64,000 nt of DNA, taken from positions 45,696,001-45,760,000 of the forward strand of contig CM052818.1 of the NCBI GenBank assembly GCA_028534125.1. Reading direction: 5' to 3'. Shown piece by piece: positions 1-13,000 of the stretch. The notes beneath the pieces are model-generated. The model worked only from the letters and a program-made list of their open reading frames with translations. It was not told the DNA's origin and ran no database searches. How positions within the stretch are numbered: the stretch's first letter is position 1; every line of letters begins with the position of its first letter. The DNA comes from Lama glama (Eukaryota). Position numbers and translations under genes: made by a program.

Positions 1-599
1 AACACTTCTAAATTTTTTTAAAAAGCACTTAAGCCTCAGCTAAGGAACAGAGGCAGGACAGCAGCGTGTTAGCAGGGCTCACTGCTTGCATTTGGGTTCT
101 GGCATACTTTCCTCTTTTTCTGCTTCTCCCTCTGCTCACAGTGAGGGCCCTCAATCACCTCCCTCCTCACTTTCCCTCTCTACCTGAGATTCTGGGTGAA
201 ACTCCAAGGGTCCCCAGAGGCCTGAGCCCAGGGGTGATGAGAAGGGCTGCTCCCATCCAGTGAGGAGCCTGTGCTGGGTGAGGCCTCTGCCAGGAGGTGG
301 GGGGCTTCAGAGCAGCACTGGAGCTGGCCGCCCCGCACCTCCACCTTGGAGGGAAGGGCCCTGCGTGCCCCCAGATGAGTCGCTGTCCCAGGTAGTAGGT
401 TTTGGCAGCAAACACAAGTCAGCATTAACCACTATTTAGCATGTTGGGGATGGAGTGGGAGAGAAAGGGATCCCAGAAAGAGGAAGGAAGGGAAGGGGGT
501 CAGAGGAGAGGGAGTGAGGGGAGAAAGAACCAGAGTCACACACAGCCACGGGCTGGAGTCCAGGTGGCTCTCCCAGTGCCCCTGGAGGGGGAGGGGTTA

Positions 600-750
600 C
601 TGCTATTTTTGTCCCCATTTTGCAGATGAGGGAACTGAGCACAGAGTTTAAGTCACTGGCCTCAGGACTTAACTCTAGTAAGTGGCAGAGCTGGCTTTAA
701 GCCCAGGCAGCCAGGAGGGCTCTGCCCCTGCTTTAATGCTCTGCTATCGC
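600..750. mobile_element. MIR SINE (one of many; others near 8620, 10080, 10560, 13900, 17050, 20140, 29000, 40900, 42620, 44850, 45700, 49400, 51200, 62350)
   Basis: ccccattttgcagatgagggaactgag MIR core. Confidence 0.7.
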
Positions 751-1459
751 CATCTTGAAATCCTTCATAAATTTTGAACAAGGGGCCCCACATTTCATCT
801 TACAGACTATGTCTCCAGTCCTGGGTGCAGGAATGAAGCCAACACCCCAAGTGTCTCTCCTTCACGGGAAAGGAGCCTGACTGCAGCACTGGGAGTGAGC
901 GTCTGCGGGTCTGGCAGGGAGGACAGAGAAGGGCTCCAATTGTCCTTTAAAGCTCGAGAGGCACAATTCAATTCTTTTCACAATTTCATTACTGGAAAAA
1001 TCTATCGGCCCCAGGAGCATTCTGCTTACAAAATTGAACTAAAAACAAAAGGACGTTCACTGTGCCTTCCTCAAGGTCCAAGTTGAGCTGGGTTTCCATA
1101 AATCACTGGCAAGCAGAGGAAGGAGAGCCCCTCCCCTGCTTTCACCCGCCCTGTTTCTCCCAGCGCTGGAGATGCCGGAGGTGGGAGGAAAGCGGGGCCC
1201 CAGGTGGGCCAGGCCAGAGCTGGCCTCCCCTCCATCCTCTCTGCCAAGCAGCCCCCACAAATGGTGTGAGGGAGGGATCAGCTCCGCGACTTAGAGCAGA
1301 GAAACTGTAAGTGACCTATCTGAGGTCACATGCCCAGTGAGTGGCTGGATTGGGATCTAACCCAGGACTGCCTCGGCCCCAGAACTCAGGCTCTGTTAAG
1401 TCACTTTGTCCCTTCTCTCAATATATTCATGGTAAAATACATGTTAATCCCTCAAAGTC

Positions 1460-1605
1460 AGGGGAAGGTGTAGCTCAGCGGTACAGCACGTGCGTAACAT
1501 GCATGAGGTCCTGGGTTCAACCCTCGGTACCTCCATTAAAAATAAACAAATAAAAATAAAAATAATTACCTCCCCTCCCCACCAAACTTAAAAATAATAA
1601 TAATA
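1460..1605 (+). mobile_element. Camelid tRNA-derived SINE (Vic-1-like)
   Basis: tRNA-Ala-like head, taattacctcccc tail motif, A-rich tail, TSD aatccctc. Confidence 0.85.
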
Positions 1606-3751
1606 AATCCCTCCAAGGAGCCGTACTGCTTCTCTTTGGGCCTTGGCAGCTTGGGGCCCCTCACTTGGAGCAGTGTGGCCCCCCTCCCCCCTCCCACCCC
1701 AGACCCTCCCCAAGTCTCCCTTCAAACTGGTAAACAGCCTTGAAGCAGGACTTTTCTCCCAGGTTCTCCCAGCCCCGCCCCCCCAGGCTGGGGACACCCT
1801 CACATCTCCCTGTATTCTTTTTTCATCCAAAGCCCACAAGGCCAGGGTTTCTGCCTGTTTTGTTGGCCACCAAGACCCCCTGTCCAGACAGAGCCCAACA
1901 CACAGCTCTGTTTTTTAATGAGAAAAACTGTTTGAATTACGTTGGCCCTGGGGAAGTGTCCGTGACCGCCCCTGCCTTGGACCAGCTGACCAGCTGCCCT
2001 GCTCCAATCCTCAGGCAAGGAGAACATCCCCCAGGGACCCAGGATGTCACTGCATTGGTCCTGACAAGATGCCCAAGACTGTCTCTGGGCCTCCACTCAG
2101 GGACATCGGGGCCGACCCCTTCGCCGTCCAGCGTCACAGGTTGCGTCTGGAGAGCCTTGGTGCCAGCTGGTGCCCACAGCCTACCCAGCCCCTGCCCACT
2201 TCACGGACAGGCCCCTCTTTAAGAGCGTTTGCAGAAACACCAAAGCTGGCAAGAGAGGCCTGGGGGATAGCCTGGAAGCAAGAATGTGGAGGCCTCTCGG
2301 TTCAGAGCTGCCCGGCCCACCTCTTTCTTTTCTCCCTTTGGTGCATCTTCCCTATTCTTGCAGGAAGCTCTGTAAAGGGTTGTTTTCACTCTTTCCCAAG
2401 CTCTATTCTGTATTACCGCATTTAATCCCTGCCACAGGCCTGGGGGAAGCAGGACTGAGTTTCCCAGTGGGGAAGGTGGGTCAAGCAGGCTGTGAGTAGC
2501 GGAGGGGTCAGACTTGAGTCTCCCCACCCTGCCTGGGCTCTGGGTAGTCCGCAGCCTGCTGAGAGGACCCCGCACACGTCTGCTCAGGGCAGAGGGGGCC
2601 CTAAGTGACCTCTTTTCCCCTGATGAGTCCTGGGCCCTGCATCTCAAAGAGGCCTGCAGCCCTGAGGGGCAGCCCCTGGCTGGGGGCTCTTTAATGGATG
2701 CTGTCTCTCCTCTCAGCCTCCCGCCTGCATTTTAGAACAGCTTCCTTCTGGCATGTGGTTTCTAATCAGGCGTTCGTCTCCTGTTCTTTTAAGAGGCTGT
2801 GGCTGGGAGCAGAGGCCCGAGTCTCTCGCTCTCTCTGCTGCTCAGAGGCATATGAGAGGCTCAAAATTTCTTCTGCAAGAAGGCAGGTTGCAGGGAAGGA
2901 GCAGGGAGAGGAGAGAGACCCAGGTCTTAAATGACCCACCTCACAGTGGGGCCTGTGTCTGTCTCCCTTACAGACCCAAGCTGACTACAGTCACAGAGGG
3001 CAGCTGAGCTAATCAGCCACCCAGACATCTCACTTTTCTTTCTCTATGCGCGCACACCAGACAACACAGCCCGTCCAGCACCCCCTCCCATCATCAGTGA
3101 CTCATACTGAAATCCCCCTAAGGTCCCAACGCCCACGGGCTGGGCTGGGGGCTGTCTGGCTCCCCCACTGGCTGAGATCAAAGCCAACATACAGATTATT
3201 CAGCAACCTGGCCCAGCAACCCCTTCTCAGGAGGGAGATGTGTTTCCATGCTAAGCCAGCCGACTCCCGAATGATGATATATTTATGCTCTATGTCTCCA
3301 GCCACCTGCTCAGCCTCAAAAACAAATTCCAGGTTCCAGCCAAGGAAGAAACATGATAGTTAATTGAGAAAACTGCAAATGGGTCATTCTGGAAGGTGGA
3401 AAGAGTGACAAAGTGTCCTGGCAGGCACAGGAGCCCCCAGCTGAGGAGTCTAGGGGTTTCCTGAGCAAGCCTTAGAGACGAGAAGCCTGTAGAGAAAGGC
3501 AGCCTCCACCCCTCCCCTCCGGAAAGTCTGAGTCTGGGACTCAGGGTGCTCCCCTGAGGGGGCCTTAGTAGCAGAAGGAGCAGGTGGGGCTCCTGTGTCC
3601 AGGAGGAGAGAGCTGGGCAGGCAGTCTGCAGGGCGGGGCTGAGGCCACGTCCCTGGTCTCACTTGGGTATCAGAATTTGGATTACATTCTGCAGGGGGTG
3701 CCCACCCAATCTCTGTAAACTGGATGTCAGCCAGGCCTCCAGGGCCCTCAG

Positions 3752-4238
3752 TGCTACCAAGTCCAAGCTCATACTGCTCGCCACACAACAGACCAATGCA
3801 TAGAGAGACGAGCTGTTGGGGCAAGGAATAGCGACTTCATTCGGAAAGCCAGCAGACCGAGATGATGGTGGAGTAATGTCTCAGAGAACCATCTTGTCTG
3901 AGTTAGACTTCATGCTTCTTTTATACTAAAAGGGGAGGGATTAAAGTCAAACACTTCCTGTTCCGGTCAGCCTCCAGAGGGGAGGTGTTAATTTCTTCCT
4001 TCTTGCAGTCATTCACAGGTGGGCCTGGTCAGGATGTTGCCTGTGAACTAAACAAAGGTATTTTAGCTTAAGGCTCATTACCTGGGAGGCAGGGTTCCCA
4101 GAGATGGGCCATTATGTATAATTTAAGCCTATAAGCAACATCCCTTTAGTGATTCGCTTGTAGCAAAAGCAATAAAATACAAAGGTTAAAGTAAAAGGAA
4201 CACCCAATATGGAGTCAGGTTTGTTCCTCCCTATTATA
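3752..4238 (-). mobile_element. ERV1-type solo LTR
   Basis: LTR-like termini; TATAAAA on minus near 3925; degenerate poly(A) signal near 3838; probable 4-bp TSD tcag at 3748-3751 and 5287-5290, separated by the next LTR. Confidence 0.7.
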
Positions 4239-4239
4239 T

Positions 4240-5283
4240 TGTGAAGGAAAAACTGGGCTGGTCTAACAAGATAACACACAAGTCTAGGAATGTGAAGGAG
4301 AGGCTGAGCTGGGCTGACAAGATAACTCACAAATCTAAGTATCGGAATACTGATCTGAGTTCTGCTGGACTAACTTGTAAATCTAAGTTAATTAGTGTTG
4401 GTTTGCTGTTCATGTTTTTTTGCCAGCCAGCTGGGTTTTCAAAGATACATATCTGGCTTTGGAATGTTGGTTTGCTGACTCCCTGCCTCCACTTTTGTGA
4501 TGATAATGCTGCTAAAGCTGTTCCATGCCTATTGGCTGAATACCCCAAGCTTGTACTTTACCCTATAAAACCTCATGTGCACGTCTTGGAGGTGCTCAGA
4601 GCTTCGGAGCAGAAGCCNNNNNNNNNNNNNNNNNNNNNNNNNNNNNNNNNNNNNNNNNNNNNNNNNNNNNNNNNNNNNNNNNNNNNNNNNNNNNNNNNNN
4701 NNNNNNNNNNNNNNNNNNNNNNNNNNNNNNNNNNNNNNNNNNNNNNNNNNNNNNNNNNNNNNNNNNNNNNNNNNNNNNNNNNNNNNNNNNNNNNNNNNNN
4801 NNNNNNNNNNNNNNNNNNNNNNNNNNNNNNNNNNNNNNNNNNNNNNNNNNNNNNNNNNNNNNNNNNNNNNNNNNNNNNNNNNNNNNNNNNNNNNNNNNNN
4901 NNNNNNNNNNNNNNNNNNNNNNNNNNNNNNNNNNNNNNNNNNNNNNNNNNNNNNNNNNNNNNNNNNNNNNNNNNNNNNNNNNNNNNNNNNNNNNNNNNNN
5001 NNNNNNNNNNNNNNNNNNNNNNNNNNNNNNNNNNNNNNNNNNNNNNNNNNNNNNNNNNNNNNNNNNNNNNNNNNNNNNNNNNNNNNNNNNNNNNNNNNNN
5101 NNNNNNNNNNNNNNNNNAATACCCCAAGCTTGTACTTTACCCTATAAAACCTCATGTGCACGTCTTGGAGGTGCTCAGAGCTTCGGAGCAGAAGCCTCTC
5201 TGAGCCCGCCGGCGTAATACATCTGAGTACTCCAACCCTCCGAGTGGTGCTTGTTTCTTGACTGGCCTGTCATTTCCGTAACA
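4240..5283 (+). mobile_element. Young ERV LTR spanning an assembly gap (solo LTR of ~465 bp or collapsed provirus)
   Basis: TGTGAAGG...GTAACA termini; ATTGG at 4531 and TATAAAA at 4564; AATACA near 5216; identical 79 nt on both sides of the gap. Confidence 0.8.
4618..5117. other. Assembly gap (500 N)
   Basis: Run of N. Confidence 1.
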
Positions 5284-5838
5284 TTATCAGGAGCTGGGAA
5301 AACTGCCTCTCCTCTCCTCTCCCGAAGTCAAATCTTCTTCAGGACTTCAGATCCCCGGGGCCTCCAGGATCCTGCCTCCATCTCTCCAGAATCCAGGTGC
5401 GAAACTCAGCTCTCCTTCAGGCTCAGAGAACTTGACCTTCAAGTTCATTTACACAGCCTTCAGGAGCCAGTGGACACCGAGGGAACCCTGAAAAGGGCGT
5501 TTGCACCAGGGCCAGGCCAGCAAGCTGAAAAGGAGCTGCAGGCTCCCCCAGTCTCAGAATGCCCGCGGCTCCCAGTACCTTGGCCCCCACCCTCCACCAC
5601 ACTCGCCTTCTCATCTTTTACTGTCTCTGCCACAAAAACCAGAACTCGTCTCATGCAGAGTTTTTCCGTCTTCTCTGCTGATTTGGTGCCAAGGACATGA
5701 GGGCATCCTTGGGAACAAAGACAGCCCTCTTCTTTTGGGGTGGGGACGGCCGGGTGTGTGTACTTAGTTTAATGTGATATTAGCACTTAACCTGGTAATA
5801 ATGATTTTTTTTCTTTTTTCAGTTTTATTAGGTAGAAT

Positions 5839-6467
5839 TGATGCAGGAAAACAGATGTGGGGCGTAAGGAGGGCTGTGTCCCAGGTCTCCGTTGAGCCCC
5901 TGGGACGTGCCCCACCTAGTGTGGGTCCTTGGCTTCATGCAGGAAAGAATTCAAGAGCCAGCCACAGTTGAGTAAAGGTAGATTTATTCAGAGAGATCCA
6001 TTGAAAGGCAAGACAAAGGCCACGAGGTGTGGGGGTTGGGTGCTCAGATTAAAAGTAGATACACACTCCATAGACAGAATGCGGGCCATCTCCAAAGAGG
6101 GAGAGAGAGGGCTGCCGCGAGGTGCCCATGTTGCCAATTTTTATGGGCTTGGTGGCTTCATATGCTAATAAGTGGAAGGACCAATCTAAGTAGCCTGGGG
6201 AAGGGGCTGAGATTCCCAGGAAGTTGGCCATTTCCCACTTTTTGACCTTTTGTGGCTAGACCTTGGGATTGCCGTGGTGCCTGTGGGATGTTATTCACCA
6301 TGTTAATATATTACGGTGAGCGTATAATGAAGCTCAAGGTCTACTAGAAGTTAAATCTCCCATCATCCTGAGCCTCAGGGCCTACCGGGGGTTGAATCTT
6401 CCACCATTTTGATGTTAATTGCTATAGCATTCCTTGCATGGCTGTGCCCTGCCCCCTTCCTGTCTCA
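5839..6467 (-). mobile_element. ERV1-type solo LTR (629 bp)
   Basis: TG...CA termini with perfect 4-bp TSD gaat (5835-5838 and 6468-6471); AATAAA on minus at 5983-5988. Confidence 0.85.
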
Positions 6468-6549
6468 GAATTATTAGTTTGGACAATCCTTGTCTTAGGA
6501 GCAATTCTGGACCACCTTAATCTAATACATCTTTCCCTCTGATTGCATA

Positions 6550-7056
6550 TGTATAACTATACCTAAAATGGGGGCTTCAAATTGGGAATTTATAAAGAGA
6601 AGCCAGTGCCCAGGGCCTAGGAGGCTGACCGCTTACTAATGAATGAAATAGATAAATAAACAAGCACAGAAAGAAGCCTTTTCAGAGCTTCCTTTATCTG
6701 ACTAAAGCCAGATGCTTCTGGGAGGGAGGCTGCCATAAATCCCCTCCCTGCGGGAGATTTTCCCTCCAGAAGAAAACAGAAGACCACCTCTATAGGCAAA
6801 CATCAGAATGACTGTCTTATCTCTTAAAGCCCATAGGTCTTTCCTAAATAAACTCATTTTTTGCTTTCTGCCCCTCCCCTTCCCCTATTAAGTTAGGTGT
6901 ACAAACCCTTATCTCAAGTTACTAAGCCACGTCTTTTGGGCCCTCATATGCATATGAATACACTTAGCTTTTCTTCTGTTAATCTGTCCATTGTCAGTTA
7001 CTGCAGCCCCAACCGCTGAACCCCAATCCACGGAGTAAAAGGTTTTCCTCCCAACA
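6550..7056 (+). mobile_element. Older ERV1-type LTR (MER34/MER39-like)
   Basis: Typical 3' end (cttttcttctgttaatctgtc...ttttcctcccaaca); 5' boundary uncertain, no TSD seen. Confidence 0.55.
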
Positions 7057-10000
7057 GTTTGATGTGTTGTTTTGAGAGCTGTCCCCAGGAAAGCCCTGGA
7101 GACATCTCTGGGTGAGCAGACAGTTGGCCAAAGGGCTTAGTAAACACGTGGAGACCTTGAGTGGGAAGAGAAGTCCAAACAGCCACAGTCATCTTCAGTT
7201 TGGGAAAGGAGAATGGGCAGGCCACACACAGGTGCCATGAAGTACACTGGGGACATGCCTCTGGGGCTGGGGACACTGGTCCTGATCCCACCTCTCTCAT
7301 CTCTGTCCAGACTCACCCGCTAGCTGGCCAATTGCCTCCTCTAGTCCTGGCTAGCACCGCCGTTCCCTGCCTGCCCCCGTAATCTGCAATCCCACCTGAC
7401 CTGCTGGGGACCCTCCCCGTCAGGGAGCACTTTGGCTGCAACCATGTCCCCCCTGAGAACCAGCCCCGCTATCACGCTTCTCCGGCCTCCTGCCCAGGCG
7501 CTTGGCCTCCATCTCGCCTCCATTTCCTCCTGGCCCAGACAGGAGAGCAGAGAAGGACAGAGCCAGGAGCCCGGAAAGCCAAGGGAAAGAGCTGCTGTGT
7601 CTTGTGTCCAGGGCCTTGCACAGCCCATTGGTGTAGGAGACCAGCAAGGCAGGACCATGGATGCACTCCATCCCCTGAACATACCCACAGACACACACCC
7701 ACCACCCACCACTGGCCAGGAATGTGCCCCGCCTTGGGGGGAATTCCAGACCCTTCTGCATCTTGCCACCACCTACTTTCCAGGCCTGGGGAGGGAGGAG
7801 GTGTCTGTCAGCCCCTGTAGCCAGCAGGCCAGAAGGTGTCTCGGAGCTGAGCTGTGAGGTCCTGGAGCAAGGGGTAGGTAGGGGAGGTGGGGGCTGCCCA
7901 GAGAAGACTCCTTACAGCTCCATCTAAGGGATCCATTCACATTCATTTGTTTCTTACTCACTTGTTCATTAACCCTTAATTTGTCCTTTCTTTCATCTAA
8001 CAATCATTTACTGAGTGCTTACTGTGGGGCAGAGCCAGGAAAACCAGGCAAGTAAGACTCAGTGGCGATGCGTGCAGTGGAGGGACCTCCCGGAACCAAG
8101 TTCACGGCTGGGGAGAGCCAATGCAAGGCCAGAGAGCAGGAAGACCTCACAGAGGAGGTGGCCTCTGAGCCGTGTCCTGAAAGAGGATGTGACAGGCCTC
8201 TTCAACAGGTGTCAACACACACTCATCAAACAGAATTTTACATCCAGCTCGTGAAGCCATAACTCTCATTCCTGCTCTTGAGGAATCTGCCATCTTGCTG
8301 ACATCAGCCCAGCAAAGGGCGGTGCGTTCCTCGCACAAACACACTCATTTCCTTATAGACTCGGTTGCCCTCTCCCAGGCCCCTAGCCCTCACAGGTGGG
8401 AAAGTCTTCCCCTGGGAGAGATTGTGAACAAACTGGCCCCCTCCTAACCAAGGCCGCATGGTGGGATGCTCAGAACTACAGGAGCAGCACGCACTACGAC
8501 AGGGCTTGGTAGCTCACATGCGAGGATGAGGCACCTCTCCCAGCCCCACGGGGCCCCTGCAGGGCAGGAGCGGGGCAGTGAACAGGCCTGAGCTCCAAAG
8601 TTAGCAGGGTGAGCCTTAGTCCCCAGTGCCTCTTGCAGGCCTCAGTTTCTTCAGCTGTACATTGGGATCATAATGATCTACCTCTTAGGGCAGTTTGGAG
8701 GGTTAAAGAAGATGCTGGATGCCAAACATTTCACCCACTTGCCACACACGTGAGCAGATGTGTCCCTGATCCATCCCAACCCCAAGAGCGAGGCCCTTAA
8801 CAGTCACAGCCCAGGGTCCAGGGAGGGACAGAGCCTGTTAGGAGTCAGTGGCTGACACAGGTTTGTAGGTTATCAGGAGGCGGGGTGGGGAAGGACAGCA
8901 GGGCCAAGGAGAGGGGCTGAAGCCCCCACCTCCAGGCTCCAACCAGTCTCCAGTGCCCCACGCCCCCAGCAACTCACTCCCGGATAAGCCACTCTGGCTC
9001 CAGGTCTCACCAGCCTGCCCTGGGCTCTGCAAGTCCTGGTTAATTTAGAGGAGTAATTTTAATCAATTAGATGAAGTGTAAAATAACTGTTCTGCTCTGC
9101 TCGGGAAATGGGGCTTGTCATCTTTAAGGCTTTATTGAAAAGGCATTAAGATGGAATTGTGTGTTGCCGGCAGGTAGGCAGCGGGGAGGGGCTGCTAGGA
9201 GGCCGGGTGGACGGAGCTCCCCGGCAGGGCTCTGTCTGCACCAGGCCACCCAACCCAGGCAGCTCGCGGGGTGGGAGGACGGCCAGGCCCCGAGCCGACC
9301 GGCAAACCGCCGCCAGCTGTCCCTGCCCCCTCCACGCTGCAGACCGTTCTTCCCATCCTCAGACACCGCGTACGTTGGGGGGGGGGGGCTTCTGTACTCA
9401 AGCCTGGCAAAATGGGGAAGAGAAACCACAAGGAGTCACAAAACATCACACAGCACACGGCCCACAGTAAACACTGACTCAACCAAACACCAATGGAATC
9501 AGTCACTTGCATTTTTTCCAGGTCTCTTCAGGGGAAGAATTCTCTGACATCTTAACTATCCCTCAAATGTCATGTTTTCAGGTCCATCGCCACCCTGGTC
9601 ACCTAGGAGGACCCCAGTCATACAACCATGAGCGCCTGTGGGCACATTGCTCTTTACAAAGCTTGTTTTAAGTCTTTATTTGACGTAGGCGGGACATTAT
9701 CTCCCTTGTGTGCAAAACGAGGGGCTGGAGTCAGGAACAGCTGGTCCTGGGCTCCTCACAGCGACCCTCACCTCTAGGGCTGGTTCTCTGGCCGCACCCA
9801 CATCTGTCACCTCAGTCCCTGCATTTGGAGGTAGCCCTGAGGGTCTGTCTCTTCTACCCAGGGGTGGGATTCAAAATAGTTAACGACTGATGTGGTCCAG
9901 CCTAGACCAGTAGGTACAGATGCTGGCCTGCCAGCCATGCGGGTGAGCACTGGCTGAACCCAAGCCTTCATTCTCTCTTTCAGCCACGTGGGAATGCATT

Positions 10001-13000
10001 CATTCCCACGTCACCTGCTGGCATAGGTGGACCTTACACTGTGACCCTGAGCCAGCAAATAATAATGATGATGATGCTAAAATTCATTGAGCACTTACTA
10101 AGTGCCAGTCCCTTTTCTGAGTATATTAATGAGTTTAATCCCCATAACTCACCTAGGAAGTATGTGTGATCATTATCTTGACTGAGAAACAAGGAAGCTG
10201 GTTATCACTGTGATTTGTCAGATACACCCAGTGAGGCATGGAGCCTGGGTGCAGACTCAGGGGCCCAACCAACAAGGCTGGTGCTCTAACACTGTTGCTT
10301 TTCTTTAAGGAAAAAAAAAGAATATTAAAAAAAAAAAAGAATATGCACTCTGGATTCCATTCAAAAAAGGTAGAAAAGCACATATTCTATTTAGAAACAC
10401 TTCTGTCTAAATGGCCCCACATTCACACATTCACACAAGCTTTCATTCCGGGGAAAATGAGCTTGCATGGACACATAGTTTCCAGACGCTGCAGCAAAGA
10501 CTATGAGCACTCGTCACCCGCTAGGTATCCGGCCACTGCGTACTGTAACGCATCCAGCTAAGAAACAGCTCAGAGAGGTCAAGGAGCATCCCTAAGGCCA
10601 CAGAGCTAAGAAGAGGCAAAGCTGAGATTTGAATGGCCACCTCTCTGACTTGGAGGCCCAGTGAGGCACTCACATTAGAATTATAAATTTTCCTCTGTTC
10701 CAGGAAGAAAACTGGGAGGGGCAGAGGGAGGGTACAGCAGCTGAGGAGTGGCCAGAGGACCAGGGTTTGCATTTGGAGGCAGAAGCCCTCTCCTCGGGCC
10801 CGTCCGGCACCATCTGCTCTGGACCCGCAGCTCCCACCTGTCGTTTCCATGATGGATGGGCTCCATCTGGTCATTTTGAGCAGCACTCGTTTTGCAGATT
10901 CAGAAACGGAGCACCCAGGGGCTCAGTGACTTGTCTAAGGTCACACAGCCAATGTCAGCAGCCCGAGGCGAGCACCCCCAAGCCCTCCCTGGCCTGGCCC
11001 AGCATCTGCTCCTGCCTGGTGGACGAACCCATCCCCCGCGGGTAGGCCCGGCAGATGCCCCGCTTTTTCCCTATTTCTTCTCTCAATTCTGTGCCCTTTG
11101 GTTCCCCCGGGAACAAGCTGACATTCACCATGATTAGCTCGCTTCCCACTCTACCCGCAGCCAAGAGCTAATTGTCCTGATTTCCTTCCAAGAACGGTCT
11201 CTCTGAATAGCCTTCGCAGGCACAATTAGGCAGGTTCAGCCTGGCTTTCACACTCCAGTTTTGAGAAAAATCAAATCAGCCAGGAAGCGGAGCCTCTCGG
11301 AAGTTCTCTGAGAGCTCCTTTGTGCGGGGAACAAAGCGCTCACATAATTACCTGCTTAGCTGATGAGCACTGGACTCCGGGGCCCTGCTTGCCGGAGAGC
11401 AGGTCCCACTGGTGCATCCCCGCCAAGACCCCATCCCTCACCCGCCCCGTTGGCGGCTGATCCTGGGAGCAGCCGGCCGAGCACACCTGCCTCTGGGACA
11501 TGCTGTTGGGTGGCGAGGCTCCAAGGCCCCCTCCCTTGTCAGTCTTGGCCAGCTGCAGCCATCGGCCATCGGTCAGAACCCCAGTCATGAAACCCTGGAG
11601 CAGGGGACCCCTCCAGCACAGCAAACTAGTCCCCCATTGTAAAGATGAAGCACCCAAGGTCAGAGAGGAGAGATGCCCTGCCCAAGTTCACACAGCAAGT
11701 CCAAGCAGAGCCCCTACTCGGAACCAAGTCTCCCTGCAGGCGCGCTGGCCTCATGCTGACCATACGGCTGGGTTGAGATGCACAGTCATCTTGGCCAGAA
11801 AAAAGTAACGGCTTCCAGCCAACTGAAGAAAACCATTTTTTCCCCACTAAATGGCGCATACATCAAATTGTTGACAGGCCTAGGAAATTGTTGCCAGTAC
11901 TTTTCCTGGGGACAGAAAGGGGGTCTGTTATCTCCACGTGGCGGAACCAAGGTCCAGAAAGAACTGGTTCAATTCACATAGCCGATAAATGGCAGGGCTG
12001 AGACTCATGCTGTGTTCCCTGATTCCTGGACCAGGCTCACACCTGGTATCTGTAACCCCCAAACCCCAAACACTGTATCTGAAGGCCTAATGAGACAGCA
12101 TCCTGAAGGACTCAGAGAGCCCATGCCATTGACAGGGTGGCTCCAAACCATTCCATTAACCAACAGCCTTGCAGGGCCCAGCAGTTTGAGAGGGACAAGT
12201 CCAAGCAAGGGATCCCCGGCTGTAATTTGTCTCCCTTTTGAACTGTGTACCTGGGCAAGTCCCTCACCTACTCATACCTCTGTCCCTCATCTATAAGATG
12301 GAGATGCTGCTGCCCACCTCACAGGGCCAGACAGCCTGGTCCAGGCTGCCACATGGCATGTCTGCAGTGAGGGTCATGCCCTCGTGTGTTTGGGAAATGC
12401 CCCATCCTACACCTCTCAGCAGCCAAGAAAGGCTCTGAGCAGTCCTGCAAGAAGGAAGCCTGAACTGTTTCACCCCAGAGATTCCTAAATCTCATTCCTC
12501 TTAGAGCTGTTTTTTTTTTTCTGGTTACACTGATAAAATCCTACTTTGGAAAGCACCCCGCCCAGCCTGCTTGTCTGTGGGGTCCTCATGGAAAGACCCC
12601 GAGTCTGATCTCAGTATCACCAGCACAGAGGCTGGCCTAGGCTGTTTGTGGAACTGAATAAGAGAAGAGCCCTGAGGAGGGTAGCCTCAGTCTCCTGAGC
12701 ATTAGAAACAGGCGGAGACACGAAGCAAACACTGCTAGCCAAAGGGAACTGGCTTTGGAAGAGACAAGGAATTCAGTGTGCATCCCCAATGACGGGCAGG
12801 AGGCAATGGAGTGAGATGTTGTACTGACCCCTTGGGGTCTCCCAGGTGTTGCAGTGGCCTCCTGGGGTCCCTTGGGGCTGAGCAAGAGCCACCCAGGGAG
12901 CCCTGATCATTATTTCATAATGCAGACCATGTGGTGCCCACTGTTCACAGCTCTTCAACCACTGACCCTTGAACTAAGGAAATCTCCACTGACCAAGGAA

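Noticed and set aside
4241..5203. 320-aa and other long ORFs crossing the first gap (also 26584-27249)
   Set aside because: Length comes from translating N runs
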